Source: Rhodospirillales bacterium
GTDB taxonomy: Bacteria > Pseudomonadota > Alphaproteobacteria > Reyranellales > Reyranellaceae
Length of the DNA stretch: 64,000 bases
Direction: 5' to 3'
NCBI GenBank assembly: GCA_947469635.1
Contig: CANIRG010000001.1
Coordinates: 2,824 to 66,823, forward strand
Both the position numbers and the translations under genes were made by a program. The notes beneath the pieces are model-generated. The model worked only from the letters and a program-made list of their open reading frames with translations, was not told where the DNA came from and made no database searches. Shown piece after piece: positions 26,339-37,322 of the stretch. The stretch's first letter is position 1. The number at the start of each line of letters is the position of its first letter.

Positions 26339-27256
26339 ATGGCGCGCGCGTCCGGCAGCACCTGGTTCCATCGCAAGCAGACCCGCGAGCTCGCGCTCGT
26401 GGGCTGTTTCCTGCTGCCGGCGCTCACGATCTTCTTCCTCTACCGCATCCTGCCGCTCGGCTGGAATGTCTGGCTCTCGTTCAATTCCTGGTCGCCGCTC
26501 AAGGGCGCGAAGTGGGTCGGGATCGACAATTACCAGGAGATGCTGTTCGACGACGACGTCTTCTGGGACGCCTTCGCCAATACGCTGATCTTCATCGGCT
26601 GCTCGCCGATCGCCATCGCGCTGGCCTTCGCCATCGCGCTGCTGGTCAACAGCGACCTCAAGGGCGCCGCCGTCTATCGCACCATCGTCTTCCTGTCCTA
26701 TCCCTTGATGACGGTGGCCGTGGGCATCATCTGGCGCTGGCTCTACGACGAGCGCGGCGGTTTCATCAATTACGTGCTGCGCTCCAGCGGCATCGTCGAC
26801 CAGCCGGTCAAGTTCCTGCAGAGCTTCGACTGGGCCCTGGCCTGCGTGATCGCCGCCGAGTTCTGGCAGGTGCTGGGCTTCTACATGATCATCCTGCTGA
26901 CGGGACTGCAGAGCATCCCGCAGCATCTCTACGAGGCTGCCCGCGTCGACGGCGTGCCACCCTATGCGCGCCTGCTGCGGATCACGCTGCCGCTGCTGCG
27001 GCCCTCGATCTTCCTCTGCATCGTCGTCGGCATCCTGAACTCCTTCACCAGCTTCGACCTGGTCTATGTCATGACCAACGGTGGGCCAGGCCACGCCACG
27101 GAGCTGCTGATCACCTACATCTACAAGGCGGGGTTCGGTCAGACGCGCTTCGACTATGCCGCGGCACTCACCATCGTTCAGTTCTTCCTGCTGGTCGTGC
27201 TGACCGTGATCGCCAACAAGCTGTCCGGCGGCAACGCCGGCAGCCTTGAGCGTTAG
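26339..27256 (+). CDS. Carbohydrate ABC transporter permease
   Basis: WVGIDNY, LYEAARVDG, MTNGGPG. Confidence 0.92.
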   Translation: MARASGSTWFHRKQTRELALVGCFLLPALTIFFLYRILPLGWNVWLSFNSWSPLKGAKWVGIDNYQEMLFDDDVFWDAFANTLIFIGCSPIAIALAFAIALLVNSDLKGAAVYRTIVFLSYPLMTVAVGIIWRWLYDERGGFINYVLRSSGIVDQPVKFLQSFDWALACVIAAEFWQVLGFYMIILLTGLQSIPQHLYEAARVDGVPPYARLLRITLPLLRPSIFLCIVVGILNSFTSFDLVYVMTNGGPGHATELLITYIYKAGFGQTRFDYAAALTIVQFFLLVVLTVIANKLSGGNAGSLER

Positions 27257-27259
27257 GCG

Positions 27260-28072
27260 ATGCGCCGCGCCCCGTCGTGGCCGCGCCATGCGATCATGAT
27301 CGCCGTCTCGGTGCTGATGCTGATCCCGTTCTACTGGGTGCTGAAGACGTCGCTTACCGGCGAGAACATCTACGCCTACCCGCCGCGCATCGTCCCCGTC
27401 GACCCGCATCTCTACAATTACGTCGACGTCTGGTACCTGATCCCCTTCCCGCGCTACCTGCTGAACAGCCTGATCGTCACCGCGATGGCGATCTGCGGCA
27501 ACCTGCTGTTCAATACGGCGGCCGGCTATGCCCTGACCAAGCAGTTCCCCGGCCGACGCTGGATCGTCCTTCTCCTGCTGTCATGCATGCTGATCCCGTT
27601 CCAGGCGACGATCATCCCGGCCTATCTGATCACCGCGCAGCTGGGCGTGCTCAACACCCATCTCGGGATCGCGCTGCCGCTGCTGTCGACGATCATCTGC
27701 ATCTTCATCTTCAAGGCGAGCTTCGAGTCGGTGCCGCGATCGCTGATCGACGCGGCGCGCGTCGATGGGCTGGGCGAATGGCGGATCGTGGTGCGCATCC
27801 TGCTGCCGCTGTCGAAGTCGGCGGTGGCCACCAACGTCATCCTCACCTTCATCTGGTCGTGGAACGCCTTCATGTGGCCCCTGATCGTGACCCGATCGCC
27901 GGAGATGCAGACCCTGCCGCTCGGGCTGGCACGCTTCCTCTCGGTGCTCGAGGACACGACCGGCGCGCTTTATGCCTTCGTCGTGCTGGTGCTGGTGCCC
28001 GGCCTCGCCATCTTCCTGATGGCGCAGAAGGAGTTCATCCGCGGCCTCACCTCGGGAGCGACCAAAGGATGA
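27260..28072 (+). CDS. Carbohydrate ABC transporter permease
   Basis: LIDAARVDG, WNAFMWPL, QKEFIRGLTSGATKG. Confidence 0.92.
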   Translation: MRRAPSWPRHAIMIAVSVLMLIPFYWVLKTSLTGENIYAYPPRIVPVDPHLYNYVDVWYLIPFPRYLLNSLIVTAMAICGNLLFNTAAGYALTKQFPGRRWIVLLLLSCMLIPFQATIIPAYLITAQLGVLNTHLGIALPLLSTIICIFIFKASFESVPRSLIDAARVDGLGEWRIVVRILLPLSKSAVATNVILTFIWSWNAFMWPLIVTRSPEMQTLPLGLARFLSVLEDTTGALYAFVVLVLVPGLAIFLMAQKEFIRGLTSGATKG

Positions 28073-28449
28073 GCCGCTGGCGCTTCCTCGGCCATCGCTT
28101 CGTCGCCGTGCCTTTGGCGCTCGTGATCCTGATCGGCGGCTGGAACATCTACATCGCCTTCAACGACGATGGGCGGATCCGGGGCGAGGTCCGCGACGGC
28201 ACGGGCGCGCCGGTGCCGGGCGCCACGGTGATCTTCTTCGAGCGCAACTTCATCAACTACCAGGAGATGAAGCGCACCGTGACCGACGCGAGCGGCGCCT
28301 ATCGCTTCGACGGCATGCAGGTCCATGTCGGCCAGCTCGAGGCGCGCACCGCGGACGGCCGCCTGTCGGCGCGCCGCCAGCTCAGGCTCTGGTTCCGCGC
28401 CCAGAACGTCGAGATGGCGCCGCTGGTGCTCGAGGCGCCGCGCGGCTGA
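28069..28449 (+). CDS. Membrane-anchored protein with carboxypeptidase-regulatory-like (prealbumin-fold) domain
   Basis: N-terminal TM helix, then IRGEVRDGTGAPVPGATV...TVTDASGAYRF. ATG overlaps the permease stop. Confidence 0.78.
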   Translation: MSRWRFLGHRFVAVPLALVILIGGWNIYIAFNDDGRIRGEVRDGTGAPVPGATVIFFERNFINYQEMKRTVTDASGAYRFDGMQVHVGQLEARTADGRLSARRQLRLWFRAQNVEMAPLVLEAPRG

Positions 28450-28457
28450 CGACGCGT

Positions 28458-29411
28458 TCAGATCTTTTCAATCACGGCGACCCTGAACCGGCGCATTTCG
28501 GCGATCACAGCGGCGCCGTCGGGGCGACCGAAGTCGATGTCGATCGCGGTGACGCCGATGTCGCGCAAGGCACGCAGGTCGGCGATGAGGTCGGCCTCGC
28601 TGCCGGAGAACAGCCGTCGTTCGCCGTCCGAGGCGAGCGGTGGCACGGCGGCGCCGTAGCGCTTCACGCGATAGGCGACGCCGACGGAGGCGGGATCGCG
28701 TCCCGCGTCGGCCGTGGCCTTGCGCAGGCGTGCGATGCCGGTCTTCAAGCGGGGCAACGTGTCGAGCAGATGCTTGTTGTTGCTACCGATCGGATACCAG
28801 CAATTGCCGACCCGCGCGGTGCGCCGCAATGCAGCCGGACCCTCGCCGCCGACCCAGATCGGCGGGTGCGGACGCTGGATGGGCTTGGGCTCGAGCACGA
28901 TGCCGTCGAAATTGGTGTATCGGCCGGTGAAGCGTGGGGAGCGCTCGGTCCAGAGCACGCGGCAGGCATCGATATACTCGTCGGTCACGGCGCCACGCTC
29001 GGCGAAGGGCGTCGTGACGACGGCATCGAATTCGGTCTTCAGCCAGCCGGCACCGATGCCCACGACCAGCCGTCCGCCCGACAGGACGTCGAGGGTGGCC
29101 AGCATCTTGGCCGTGAGTACGGCCGGGCGATGCGGCACCACCAGCACGGCGGCGACCAAGCGGATGCGTGAGGTCTTGGCCGCGACATAGGCCATGCCGA
29201 TCAGCTGCTCGTGCCGTTCGGTCGGCGCGTCCTCGTAGAACTCGCCGCTCTCGGAATAGGGATAGCCTGGCACCTTGGTGTCGGGCAGCACGACGTGATC
29301 GGTCATGGTGAGGTAGTCGAAACCCATCGCCTCGCCTTGCGTGGCGATCTCGGTCATGACGCCGACAGCCGAGAGCGGGCCGGAGTTCGGCAGGTTGAAG
29401 CCGATCTGCAC
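28458..29411 (-). CDS. Luciferase-like monooxygenase (LLM) family oxidoreductase, subgroup often annotated F420-dependent
   Basis: GTG start VQIGFNLP. GFDYLTMTDHVVLP, AKMLATLDVLSGGRLVVGIGAGW..EF, PKPIQRPHPPIWVGG. Confidence 0.87.
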   Translation of the reverse strand: MQIGFNLPNSGPLSAVGVMTEIATQGEAMGFDYLTMTDHVVLPDTKVPGYPYSESGEFYEDAPTERHEQLIGMAYVAAKTSRIRLVAAVLVVPHRPAVLTAKMLATLDVLSGGRLVVGIGAGWLKTEFDAVVTTPFAERGAVTDEYIDACRVLWTERSPRFTGRYTNFDGIVLEPKPIQRPHPPIWVGGEGPAALRRTARVGNCWYPIGSNNKHLLDTLPRLKTGIARLRKATADAGRDPASVGVAYRVKRYGAAVPPLASDGERRLFSGSEADLIADLRALRDIGVTAIDIDFGRPDGAAVIAEMRRFRVAVIEKI

Positions 29412-29413
29412 GG

Positions 29414-29764
29414 TCACACCACCTTGCGCACGATATGACGCCGGTTCGAGGTGTAGGGGCGGACCTCGCTCGGCCAGCGGCCCTTTTCCGCCGCCTCGGC
29501 CCACTCCTTGCTTAGCAGCACGTCGGGACTGTCGATCTCGTAGATCGCCACATAGGTGGGCTCGCTGCCGCCATCGAGCAGCTTGCGCTCGCCGGCGAGG
29601 ACGAAGGTGGCAGGCTCGGTTTTCATGCGGGTGACGGACTTGACGCCCGGTACCTTCAGCAGCAGGGGCACATGCTCGGTGTCGTAGACCTCGTTGAACA
29701 AGGCCTCCTTCTCCTTCGTCACGTCCATGCTGACGATGAACAGGTATTTTGTGCCGATCGGCAT
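29414..29764 (-). CDS. EthD/DUF4286-like dimeric alpha-beta barrel protein
   Basis: [22 protein letters not shown]...[16 protein letters not shown]. Confidence 0.72.
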   Translation of the reverse strand: MPIGTKYLFIVSMDVTKEKEALFNEVYDTEHVPLLLKVPGVKSVTRMKTEPATFVLAGERKLLDGGSEPTYVAIYEIDSPDVLLSKEWAEAAEKGRWPSEVRPYTSNRRHIVRKVV

Positions 29765-29841
29765 GCCTCGTCCCCCTCCGGTTCGTTATTCTCGCTTATA
29801 GCCCGATTCGTCGAAATTCGGACAGGAACAAGGGGTGGCCC

Positions 29842-32607
29842 ATGGACCAGCTGAACGATTCGGAAACATCCGACAAGGACGCCCCTCTCCGCTACGACAT
29901 CAGGCTGCTGGGGCGTATCCTGGGTGACACGGTGCGGGCCCAGGAGGGGGAGCCGGTGTTCGATCTGGTCGAACGCATCCGGCGCACGGGCGTGCTGTTC
30001 CATCGCGATGCCGACGAAACTGCCCGGCAAGAGCTGCAGGCGCTCATGAGCGGCCTGCCGACGGACCAGGCCAACCGCATCATCCGGGCCTTCGGCTATT
30101 TCTCGCATCTCGCAAACATCGCCGAGGACCAACACCACATTCGCCGCACCCGGGCGCATGCCATGGCAAACGACGCGCCGCGCCAGGGCACGATGGCTTA
30201 TGCGCTGGGCCGCGCCCGCAGCGCAGGGATCACGCGCGAGCAACTTCAGGCTTTTCTTGGCCGTGCTCTCTGCGCCCCGGTCCTCACGGCCCACCCCACC
30301 GAGATCCGCCGCAAGAGCTCCATCGATCGCGAGATGGAGATCGCCCGGCTGCTCGACCAGCGCGACCGTATCGAGTTCACACCCGAGGAACTGGCGGCCA
30401 ACCGCAGGGCGCTGCGCCGCGCCGTCCTGATCCTCTGGCAGACCAGCATCCTGCGCGACTCTCGGCTGCGGGTGATCGATGAAGTGGCCAACGGCCTGTC
30501 CTATTACGACCATACCTTTCTGCGCGCGTTGCCGACCTTCTATGCCGATCTCGAGGACCGGCTCGGCGCCACCGAGCCTTCCTGGCAGGATCTCAAGGTG
30601 CCCTCGTTCCTGCGCATGGGGAGCTGGATCGGCGGCGACCGCGACGGCAATCCCTATGTCACCGCCGACGTGTCGCAACAGGCGCTCAGCATGCAGAGCA
30701 AGCGGGCGATGCGCTTCTATCTCGACGAGCTGCATCTGCTGGGCGGCGAGCTGTCGCTCGACGGCCGCATCGTGCGCATCTCCGAATCCCTGCGCGCCCT
30801 GGCCGAGCGCTCCTCCGATCGCGCGCCGGAGCGCCAGGACGAGCCGTACCGGCGGGCGATCGTCGGTATCTATGCCCGGCTTGCCGCCACCGCCTGGTCG
30901 CTCGACCGGCTGGAAGCGCCGCATCCGGTGGAGCCAGCGCCTGTCTATGAGACTGCGGGAGAGCTGAAGGCCGATCTTGACGCGGTCTACGCGTCGCTGG
31001 CGGAGAACGGGTCGCTGGCCTTGGCGCGCGGGCGGCTACGGTCGTTGCGGCGGGCCGTCGATGTCTTCGGCTTCCATCTCGCCTCGCTCGACCTGCGGCA
31101 GAACTCGGACATCCATGCCCGTGTCATGGCCGAGCTTGTCGCGGCGGCCGGTGTGAACGCAGACTATGGAGTGCTCGACGAGCCCGCGCGCGTGGCGTTG
31201 CTGACGGCCGAGCTCGACAACATGCGGCCGCTGGCGTCGCCGCATCTCACCTACGGCGAGGAGACGGCGGGCGAGCTTGGCATGCTGCACGTCGCGGCCG
31301 ATGCGCATCGCCGCTATGGGCGCGCTGCCATGCCGAATTACGTGATCTCCAAGGCCGACAGCGTCTCCGACATCCTCGAAGTGGCGGTGCTGCTGAAGGA
31401 GGTCGGCCTGCTGCGCCCGCGCGAGGGCCAGTTGCACATCGACATCGTGCCGCTGTTCGAGACCATCGGCGATCTGCAGAGCTGCGGCCGCATCATGGAT
31501 GAGCTGCTCGGCATGCCCGCCTATCGCCGGCTGCTGGCCTCGCGCGGCGGCACCCAGGAGGTGATGCTGGGTTATTCCGACAGCAACAAGGACGGCGGCT
31601 ATCTCACCTCGACCTGGGAACTCTACAAGGCTGAGCTGACGCTGATCGAGACCTTCCGCCGCCACAAGGTCGGGCTGCGCCTGTTCCATGGCCGTGGCGG
31701 CTCGGTGGGGCGTGGCGGTGGCCCAAGCTACGAGGCGATCCTGGCGCAGCCGCCGGGCGCCGTGCAGGGCGAGATCCGCATCACCGAGCAGGGCGAGGTG
31801 ATCGCCGGCAAATACTCCAACGCCGAGGTCGGCCGGCGCAATCTCGAGACGCTGGCCGCGGCCACGCTGGAAGCGACGTTGCTGGAGGGCGACCGGCCGC
31901 CGCCGCGTGCCGACTATCTCGCCATCATGGAGGAGCTGTCGGCGCATGCCTTCCGTGCCTATCGCAACCTCGTCTACGAGACCGAGGGCTTCGATCTCTA
32001 TTTCCGCGAGTCGACGGTGCTGGAGGAGATCGCGACCCTCAATATCGGCAGTCGTCCGGCGTCGCGCGGGGCCAAGCGGCGCATCGAAGATCTGCGCGCC
32101 ATTCCGTGGGTTTTCAGTTGGGCGCAATGCCGCCTGATGCTGCCTGGCTGGTACGGGTTCGGTGCCGCGATCAAGGCCTGGGTCGAGGCGCAATCCGGCG
32201 ATGGAATGGCGACGTTGCAGGCGATGCACGACGACTGGCCGTTCTTCCGCACCGTGCTGTCGAACATGGACATGGTGCTGTCCAAGAGCGACATTGCCAT
32301 CGCCTCGCGCTATGCCGAGCTGGTGGCTGACGAGAAGCTACGCGAATCGATCTTCGGCCGTCTCAAGCAGGAGTGGCAGGCATCGATCGATGCCGTTTGC
32401 GCGGTCACGCGGCAGGGGACGCTGCTCGAAAGCAATCCGCTGCTGGCGCGCTCGATCCGCAACCGCTTTCCCTACATCGACCCCCTCAACCACGTTCAGA
32501 TCGAGCTGCTCAAGCGCCACCGCGCCGGCGACACCGATCCCGGCGTCGTGCAAGGCATCCATCTCAGCATCAACGGCATCGCGGCCGGCTTGCGCAACAG
32601 CGGCTGA
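29842..32607 (+). CDS. ppc: Phosphoenolpyruvate carboxylase
   Basis: [68 protein letters not shown]-terminus. Confidence 0.97.
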   Translation: MDQLNDSETSDKDAPLRYDIRLLGRILGDTVRAQEGEPVFDLVERIRRTGVLFHRDADETARQELQALMSGLPTDQANRIIRAFGYFSHLANIAEDQHHIRRTRAHAMANDAPRQGTMAYALGRARSAGITREQLQAFLGRALCAPVLTAHPTEIRRKSSIDREMEIARLLDQRDRIEFTPEELAANRRALRRAVLILWQTSILRDSRLRVIDEVANGLSYYDHTFLRALPTFYADLEDRLGATEPSWQDLKVPSFLRMGSWIGGDRDGNPYVTADVSQQALSMQSKRAMRFYLDELHLLGGELSLDGRIVRISESLRALAERSSDRAPERQDEPYRRAIVGIYARLAATAWSLDRLEAPHPVEPAPVYETAGELKADLDAVYASLAENGSLALARGRLRSLRRAVDVFGFHLASLDLRQNSDIHARVMAELVAAAGVNADYGVLDEPARVALLTAELDNMRPLASPHLTYGEETAGELGMLHVAADAHRRYGRAAMPNYVISKADSVSDILEVAVLLKEVGLLRPREGQLHIDIVPLFETIGDLQSCGRIMDELLGMPAYRRLLASRGGTQEVMLGYSDSNKDGGYLTSTWELYKAELTLIETFRRHKVGLRLFHGRGGSVGRGGGPSYEAILAQPPGAVQGEIRITEQGEVIAGKYSNAEVGRRNLETLAAATLEATLLEGDRPPPRADYLAIMEELSAHAFRAYRNLVYETEGFDLYFRESTVLEEIATLNIGSRPASRGAKRRIEDLRAIPWVFSWAQCRLMLPGWYGFGAAIKAWVEAQSGDGMATLQAMHDDWPFFRTVLSNMDMVLSKSDIAIASRYAELVADEKLRESIFGRLKQEWQASIDAVCAVTRQGTLLESNPLLARSIRNRFPYIDPLNHVQIELLKRHRAGDTDPGVVQGIHLSINGIAAGLRNSG

Positions 32608-32608
32608 C

Positions 32609-33940
32609 CTACGAGGCCAGGAACGGGTCCGTGGGAGGGGCGAGGCCCATGTTGTCGCGCAGCGTCGGCCCCAGATACTCGGGCGGGCGCAGGCCGCGGC
32701 GGCGCAGCTCCGGCACGACCAGCTCGACGAAGTCCCGCAGGCTGCGCGGTTGGACCGGCATCGAGAGCATGAAGCCGTCGCAGGCCTTGCTCGCGTACCA
32801 GTCCTCCATCATGTCGGCGACCTGGACCGGGTCGCCCTTCACCGTGTTGCCGCCCATCGACGGCAGCACACGCTCGTAGGTGCGTCGCACGCTGAGGCCT
32901 TCGCGGGTCGCCATGTCGAGGACGGAGCGGCCGATGGCGGTGCCGCCCACGCTTTCTCCCGGACTCTGCGGCATCGGCCCTTCGAGGTCCGCGCCCGTCA
33001 CGTCGAAGCCCACGAGCTTCGACAGATAGTTGACCGCGAGGGTGGGTGAGATAAGCCGCTGCAGCTCCCCAAACAGCGCATCCGCCTCGGCCTCGGTGCG
33101 ACCCACGAAGACGCTGAGCGCCGGCAGGATCTTCAGCGCCGCCGGCGGGCGTCCGTATTTCGGCATCCGCCCCTTGATGTCGGCATATTCGGCCTGAGCT
33201 TGCGCCTTGCTGCTGGCGGTGCCGAACAGGCCTTCGCCGCCATAGGCCGCCAGCTCCTTGCCGGCCTCCGACTGGCCCGCCATGAACACCACCGGCTGAC
33301 CCTGCGGCGTACGCGCCACGTTGAGTGGACCCTTGACCGAGAAATGCGTGCCGCGATGGTCGATCGTGCGCACGCGCGACGGATCGAGATAGCGGCCGGT
33401 CGACTTGTCCTGCAGGAACGCATCCGTCGCCCAGGAATCCCAGAGTGCTCGCACGACGTCGAGGCTTTCCTGAGCGCGCTCGTAGCGGTCGACGCGGCCC
33501 ATATGCTCGTCGCGGCCGAAGTTCTTCGAGTCCTCGACATATTGCGTGGTGACCAGGTTCCAGCCCGCACGGCCGGCGCTGAGATGATCGAGCGAAGCGA
33601 ACTTGCGCGCGATCGAGAACGGCTCCTCGTAGGTGGTGGTCGTGGTCGCCACCAGGCCGATGTTCTTGGTGTGCTGGGCGACAGCCGCGAACAGCGTCAC
33701 CGGCTCGAACACCGCCGGCCGGTCGGACGGGCTGTTGGCGGCGAAGAGCTCGGGTCTGTCCATCTGGCGCACGCCGTTGCCGTCGGCCAGGAACATCATG
33801 TCGATGCCGCCGCGCTCGGCGATCTGCGCCATCTCGATCATGCATTGCAGCTGCATTGTCGTCGTCGGAAAGGAGTCGCGATGGCGCCAGCCGCCGAGAT
33901 GGCCTCCCAGTGCGCCGCCGGTGAAGCCCAGGACCATCAT
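32609..33940 (-). CDS. NtaA/DmoA/SnaA family FMN-dependent monooxygenase
   Basis: GGWRH, AERGGIDMMFLADG, ATTTTTYEEPF..ARKFASLDHLSAGRAGWNLVT, GPLNVARTPQGQP, VPELRRRG. Confidence 0.92.
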   Translation of the reverse strand: MMVLGFTGGALGGHLGGWRHRDSFPTTTMQLQCMIEMAQIAERGGIDMMFLADGNGVRQMDRPELFAANSPSDRPAVFEPVTLFAAVAQHTKNIGLVATTTTTYEEPFSIARKFASLDHLSAGRAGWNLVTTQYVEDSKNFGRDEHMGRVDRYERAQESLDVVRALWDSWATDAFLQDKSTGRYLDPSRVRTIDHRGTHFSVKGPLNVARTPQGQPVVFMAGQSEAGKELAAYGGEGLFGTASSKAQAQAEYADIKGRMPKYGRPPAALKILPALSVFVGRTEAEADALFGELQRLISPTLAVNYLSKLVGFDVTGADLEGPMPQSPGESVGGTAIGRSVLDMATREGLSVRRTYERVLPSMGGNTVKGDPVQVADMMEDWYASKACDGFMLSMPVQPRSLRDFVELVVPELRRRGLRPPEYLGPTLRDNMGLAPPTDPFLAS

Positions 33941-35292
33941 GCCGCGCCGCGCTCCGCCGCCGATGCCTGCCAGCGGCTGGGGGCGTCGGGCAGGCCGAGA
34001 TGGCCGCGCAATGTGGTGGCCTCGTACTCCTTGCGGAAGATGCCGCGACGCTGCAGCTCGGGCACGACCAGGTCGACGAAGTCGGCGAGGCCGCGCGGCT
34101 GGACGGGCGCCATGATGGTGAAACCGTCGCCGGCCTTGCTGCGCCACCAATCCTCCATCTCGTCGGCGACCTGCGTCGGGCTGCCCTTGAAGACGGGGCC
34201 GCCCAGCGCGGGCAGCGTGCGTTGGTAGGTCTCGCGGATCGTGAGGCTGTCGCGTTTCGCCATGTCGATAATGTAGCGGCGCAGGCTCGATCCGCCCAGC
34301 GTCTCGGGCGCCATCTCGGCCGGCAGCGGACCGTCGAGCGGCATTCCTTCGAGATCGTGGACCAGCATCTTGGAGAGATAATGCACACCCAATGCCGGCG
34401 AGATCAGCGATTGCAGCTCAAGGTACAGCTCCTCGGCCTCGGCGGCGCTGCGGCCGACGAAGACGCTGACGCCGGGCAGGATCTTCAGCGTGTCCAGCGC
34501 CCGGCCGTAGCGCGCCATGCGGCCCTTGATGTCGGCATAGGCGTCGATGCAGTCCTGCTTGGTGGTGCCGGCGCCGAACAGCGCATCGGCGTAGCGGGCC
34601 GCCAGCTCCATCCCGGGCGCCGACTGGCCGGCCATGAACACGACCGGCCGGCCCTGCGGCGTGCGCGATATGTTGAGCGGTCCTTTCACGGTGAAGTGTG
34701 TGCCCTTGTGGTCGATGGGCCGCACGCGCGCCGGGTCGAGATACTGGCCGGTCGCCTTGTCCTGCGGAAAGGCATCATGGGCCCAGCTGTCCCAGAGGGC
34801 GGCCACGACCTCGTAGAATTCCTGGGCCCGAGCGTAGCGGTCCTCGCGGCCCATATGCTCGCTGCGGCCGAAGTTCAGCGCATCGCCGGCATTGGAGGCG
34901 GTGACCAGGTTCCAGCCGGCGCGGCCCTTGCTGATGTGATCCATCGAGGAGAAGCGACGGGCAACCATCCAGGGCTCGTCATACGTGCTGGTCGCGGTCG
35001 CCACCACGCCGATGCGCTTGGCGACCATGGAAACGGCCGAGAGCAGGGTCGTCGGCTCGAAGAAGGAGGGCCGCGCCGAGGGATGGTTGGCAGCGAACAA
35101 TGCGGGCCGGTCCATGTCGCGCACGCCGTTGCCGTCGGCCAGGAACACCGCGTCGAGCTTCCCGCGCTCGGCGATTTGCGTCATCTCGATGAAGGCCTCG
35201 AGATTCATCACCGGCTTGTCGAAGGCGTCCCGGTGGCGCCAGCCGCCGAGATGGCCGCCGACGAGGTTGGGGATGCAGGCGAGGTTCATCAT
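33937..35292 (-). CDS. NtaA/DmoA/SnaA family FMN-dependent monooxygenase (tandem paralog)
   Basis: GGHLGGWRH, AERGKLDAVFLADG, ARRFSSMDHISKGRAGWNLVT, VPELQRRGIFRKEYEATTLRGHLGL. Confidence 0.92.
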   Translation of the reverse strand: MMNLACIPNLVGGHLGGWRHRDAFDKPVMNLEAFIEMTQIAERGKLDAVFLADGNGVRDMDRPALFAANHPSARPSFFEPTTLLSAVSMVAKRIGVVATATSTYDEPWMVARRFSSMDHISKGRAGWNLVTASNAGDALNFGRSEHMGREDRYARAQEFYEVVAALWDSWAHDAFPQDKATGQYLDPARVRPIDHKGTHFTVKGPLNISRTPQGRPVVFMAGQSAPGMELAARYADALFGAGTTKQDCIDAYADIKGRMARYGRALDTLKILPGVSVFVGRSAAEAEELYLELQSLISPALGVHYLSKMLVHDLEGMPLDGPLPAEMAPETLGGSSLRRYIIDMAKRDSLTIRETYQRTLPALGGPVFKGSPTQVADEMEDWWRSKAGDGFTIMAPVQPRGLADFVDLVVPELQRRGIFRKEYEATTLRGHLGLPDAPSRWQASAAERGAA

Positions 35293-37322
35293 GGCGTCGG
35301 CTCCTCGGACAGGGCCTGCTGGCCGAGCCAGTGCGGCATGGCCGCCAGCTCCAGCAGGGGGATGTGGCACAGGATGGTGTGGCCGGGTCCGGCCTGTTGC
35401 AGGGGCGGCGTGACGCTGTCGCAAATCTGGCCGACGCGGCGGGAACAGCGCGCGGCGAACTTGCATCCGCCCGTGACGGGCTTTGCGGCGGTCGTGGATT
35501 GCGCAGGTGACGGGCGGCGACCCTTGCCGATCAGCGGCACCGACGACAGCAGCAGCTCGGTGTAGGGGTGATAGGGCGGGTGCAGCACGTCCTCGACCGG
35601 GCCCTCCTCGACAATGGTGCCGTGATACATCACGGCCACGCGGTCGGCGATGTGGGCGATGACTCCGATATCGTGACTGATGAACAGGTAGGCGACGCCC
35701 AGCTCGTCGCGCAGGTCGCGCAGCAGATTCAGGATTGCCGCCTGCACCGAGACATCGAGCGCGGAGACGGCCTCGTCGCAGACCAGGAACTCAGGGCGCG
35801 AGGCGAGCGCACGGGCGATCCCGACACGCTGCTTCTCGCCCCCCGAAAGCTGATGCGGATAGCGGCTGGCGTAATGGCGCGGCAGGCGGACCAGGTCGAG
35901 CAGGCGGTCGATCTCCGCCGCCACTGCCGCCGTACCATGCGCCATGGCGAACCACTGGACCGCGCGCTGGAGGATGACGCTCACCGTCTGGCGCGGATTG
36001 AGCGAGGTGTCCGGGTTCTGGAACACCACCTGGGCGCGGCGGCGGAAATCCCTGTCCGCCTGTGCCTCGACGACACCGCCGCCGAAGCGCAGCGTTCCGG
36101 TACGCGCGGGCAGCAGCCGCAGCAGCAGCCGGCCTAGGGTGGACTTGCCGCAGCCCGATTCGCCCACCAGCCCGACGACCTCGCCGGTGCGGATGCTGAG
36201 CGACACGCGGTCCACCGCGAGCACGCCGCCGGCCTTGCCGAGCAGGCGGGCGAGCCAGCCGCCCGAGTCGAAACGAGCGCTCATCGTCTCGGCTTCGAGC
36301 AACGGCAGCGCTGTGCGCTTTGTCGAGACTGTCGCGGTCGGCGCTGCCTCTATGGGCCAGGACAGATCAGCCACCTCCTCGACGCGATGGCAGCTCACCG
36401 TGTGGTCCGCGCCGTGCGACGTTTGTGGCTGCTCGCAGCCCTCTGCCGCGAAGGCGCAGCGCGGACGGAAATTGCAGCCCGGATCGAGCGTGTGAAGATC
36501 AGGCAGGCCGCCGGGAATGGGGGCGAGGCGGCCGGCATGGGGGCGATCCGGGCGCGGAAGCGCCGCCAGCAGGCCCTTGGTGTAGGGATGGCGGGGATGG
36601 TGCAGGACGGCCGACGTCGTTCCCGACTCGGCCAGACGTCCGGCGTAGAGCACCGACACCGAATCGCAGAGACGGTCGACGATCCCCAGATTGTGGCTCA
36701 CCAGCAGCATCGCGAGGTTGCGCCGTTTTCTCAGCTCATCGAGCAGCGAGAGGATCTGTGCCTCGATCGTGACGTCGAGCGCGGTGGTGGGCTCGTCGAG
36801 CAGCAGCAGGTCGGGCTCGCTCGCCAGTGCCGTGGCGATGCCCACGCGTTGCTTCATGCCGCCGGAAAGCTGGTGCGGATAGCTGTGCATCACCTCGGCC
36901 GGGCGCGGGATGCCCATCTCGTCCAGCAGCTCGGTGCCGCGCGTCCAGGCGGCGCGACGCTCGGTGTGGAGATGCGTCCGCATCGGCTCGATCACCTGGG
37001 TGCCGATGGTGAGCGCGGGATTGAGCGACGCGGCGGCGTCCTGGAACACCACGCCGACGCGGCGGCCGCGTATCGATGCGGCATTGTGTAGGAGGTCGTG
37101 GCCGTCGAAGTCGAGACGCTGCGCATCGACCCGTGCCGATGGTCCCAGCAGGCCCAGCAGAGCCAGAACGACGGTCGACTTGCCGGAGCCCGATTCGCCC
37201 ACCAGCCCGAGCACGCCGCCGGGCGGGATGGAGAGCGACACGCCGTCGAGCGCCTTCAGCCAACCGGCACGCGTTGCATAAGCAACCGATAGGCCTTCGA
37301 CGTGCAGCGCGGCGTCAACCAT
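35289..37322 (-). CDS. Dipeptide/oligopeptide-type ABC ATP-binding protein, fused double ATPase (DppD+DppF)
   Basis: Two Walker A motifs (GESGSGKST, GESGCGKST), two LSGG signatures, two HPYT...GC.F..RC C-terminal extensions. Confidence 0.92.
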   Translation of the reverse strand: MVDAALHVEGLSVAYATRAGWLKALDGVSLSIPPGGVLGLVGESGSGKSTVVLALLGLLGPSARVDAQRLDFDGHDLLHNAASIRGRRVGVVFQDAAASLNPALTIGTQVIEPMRTHLHTERRAAWTRGTELLDEMGIPRPAEVMHSYPHQLSGGMKQRVGIATALASEPDLLLLDEPTTALDVTIEAQILSLLDELRKRRNLAMLLVSHNLGIVDRLCDSVSVLYAGRLAESGTTSAVLHHPRHPYTKGLLAALPRPDRPHAGRLAPIPGGLPDLHTLDPGCNFRPRCAFAAEGCEQPQTSHGADHTVSCHRVEEVADLSWPIEAAPTATVSTKRTALPLLEAETMSARFDSGGWLARLLGKAGGVLAVDRVSLSIRTGEVVGLVGESGCGKSTLGRLLLRLLPARTGTLRFGGGVVEAQADRDFRRRAQVVFQNPDTSLNPRQTVSVILQRAVQWFAMAHGTAAVAAEIDRLLDLVRLPRHYASRYPHQLSGGEKQRVGIARALASRPEFLVCDEAVSALDVSVQAAILNLLRDLRDELGVAYLFISHDIGVIAHIADRVAVMYHGTIVEEGPVEDVLHPPYHPYTELLLSSVPLIGKGRRPSPAQSTTAAKPVTGGCKFAARCSRRVGQICDSVTPPLQQAGPGHTILCHIPLLELAAMPHWLGQQALSEEPTP

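Noticed and set aside
29842-32607. ppc as part of the neighbouring catabolic systems (e.g. CO2 recapture)
   Set aside because: Ordinary stand-alone housekeeping enzyme, oriented independently of its neighbours; nothing in the sequence links it.
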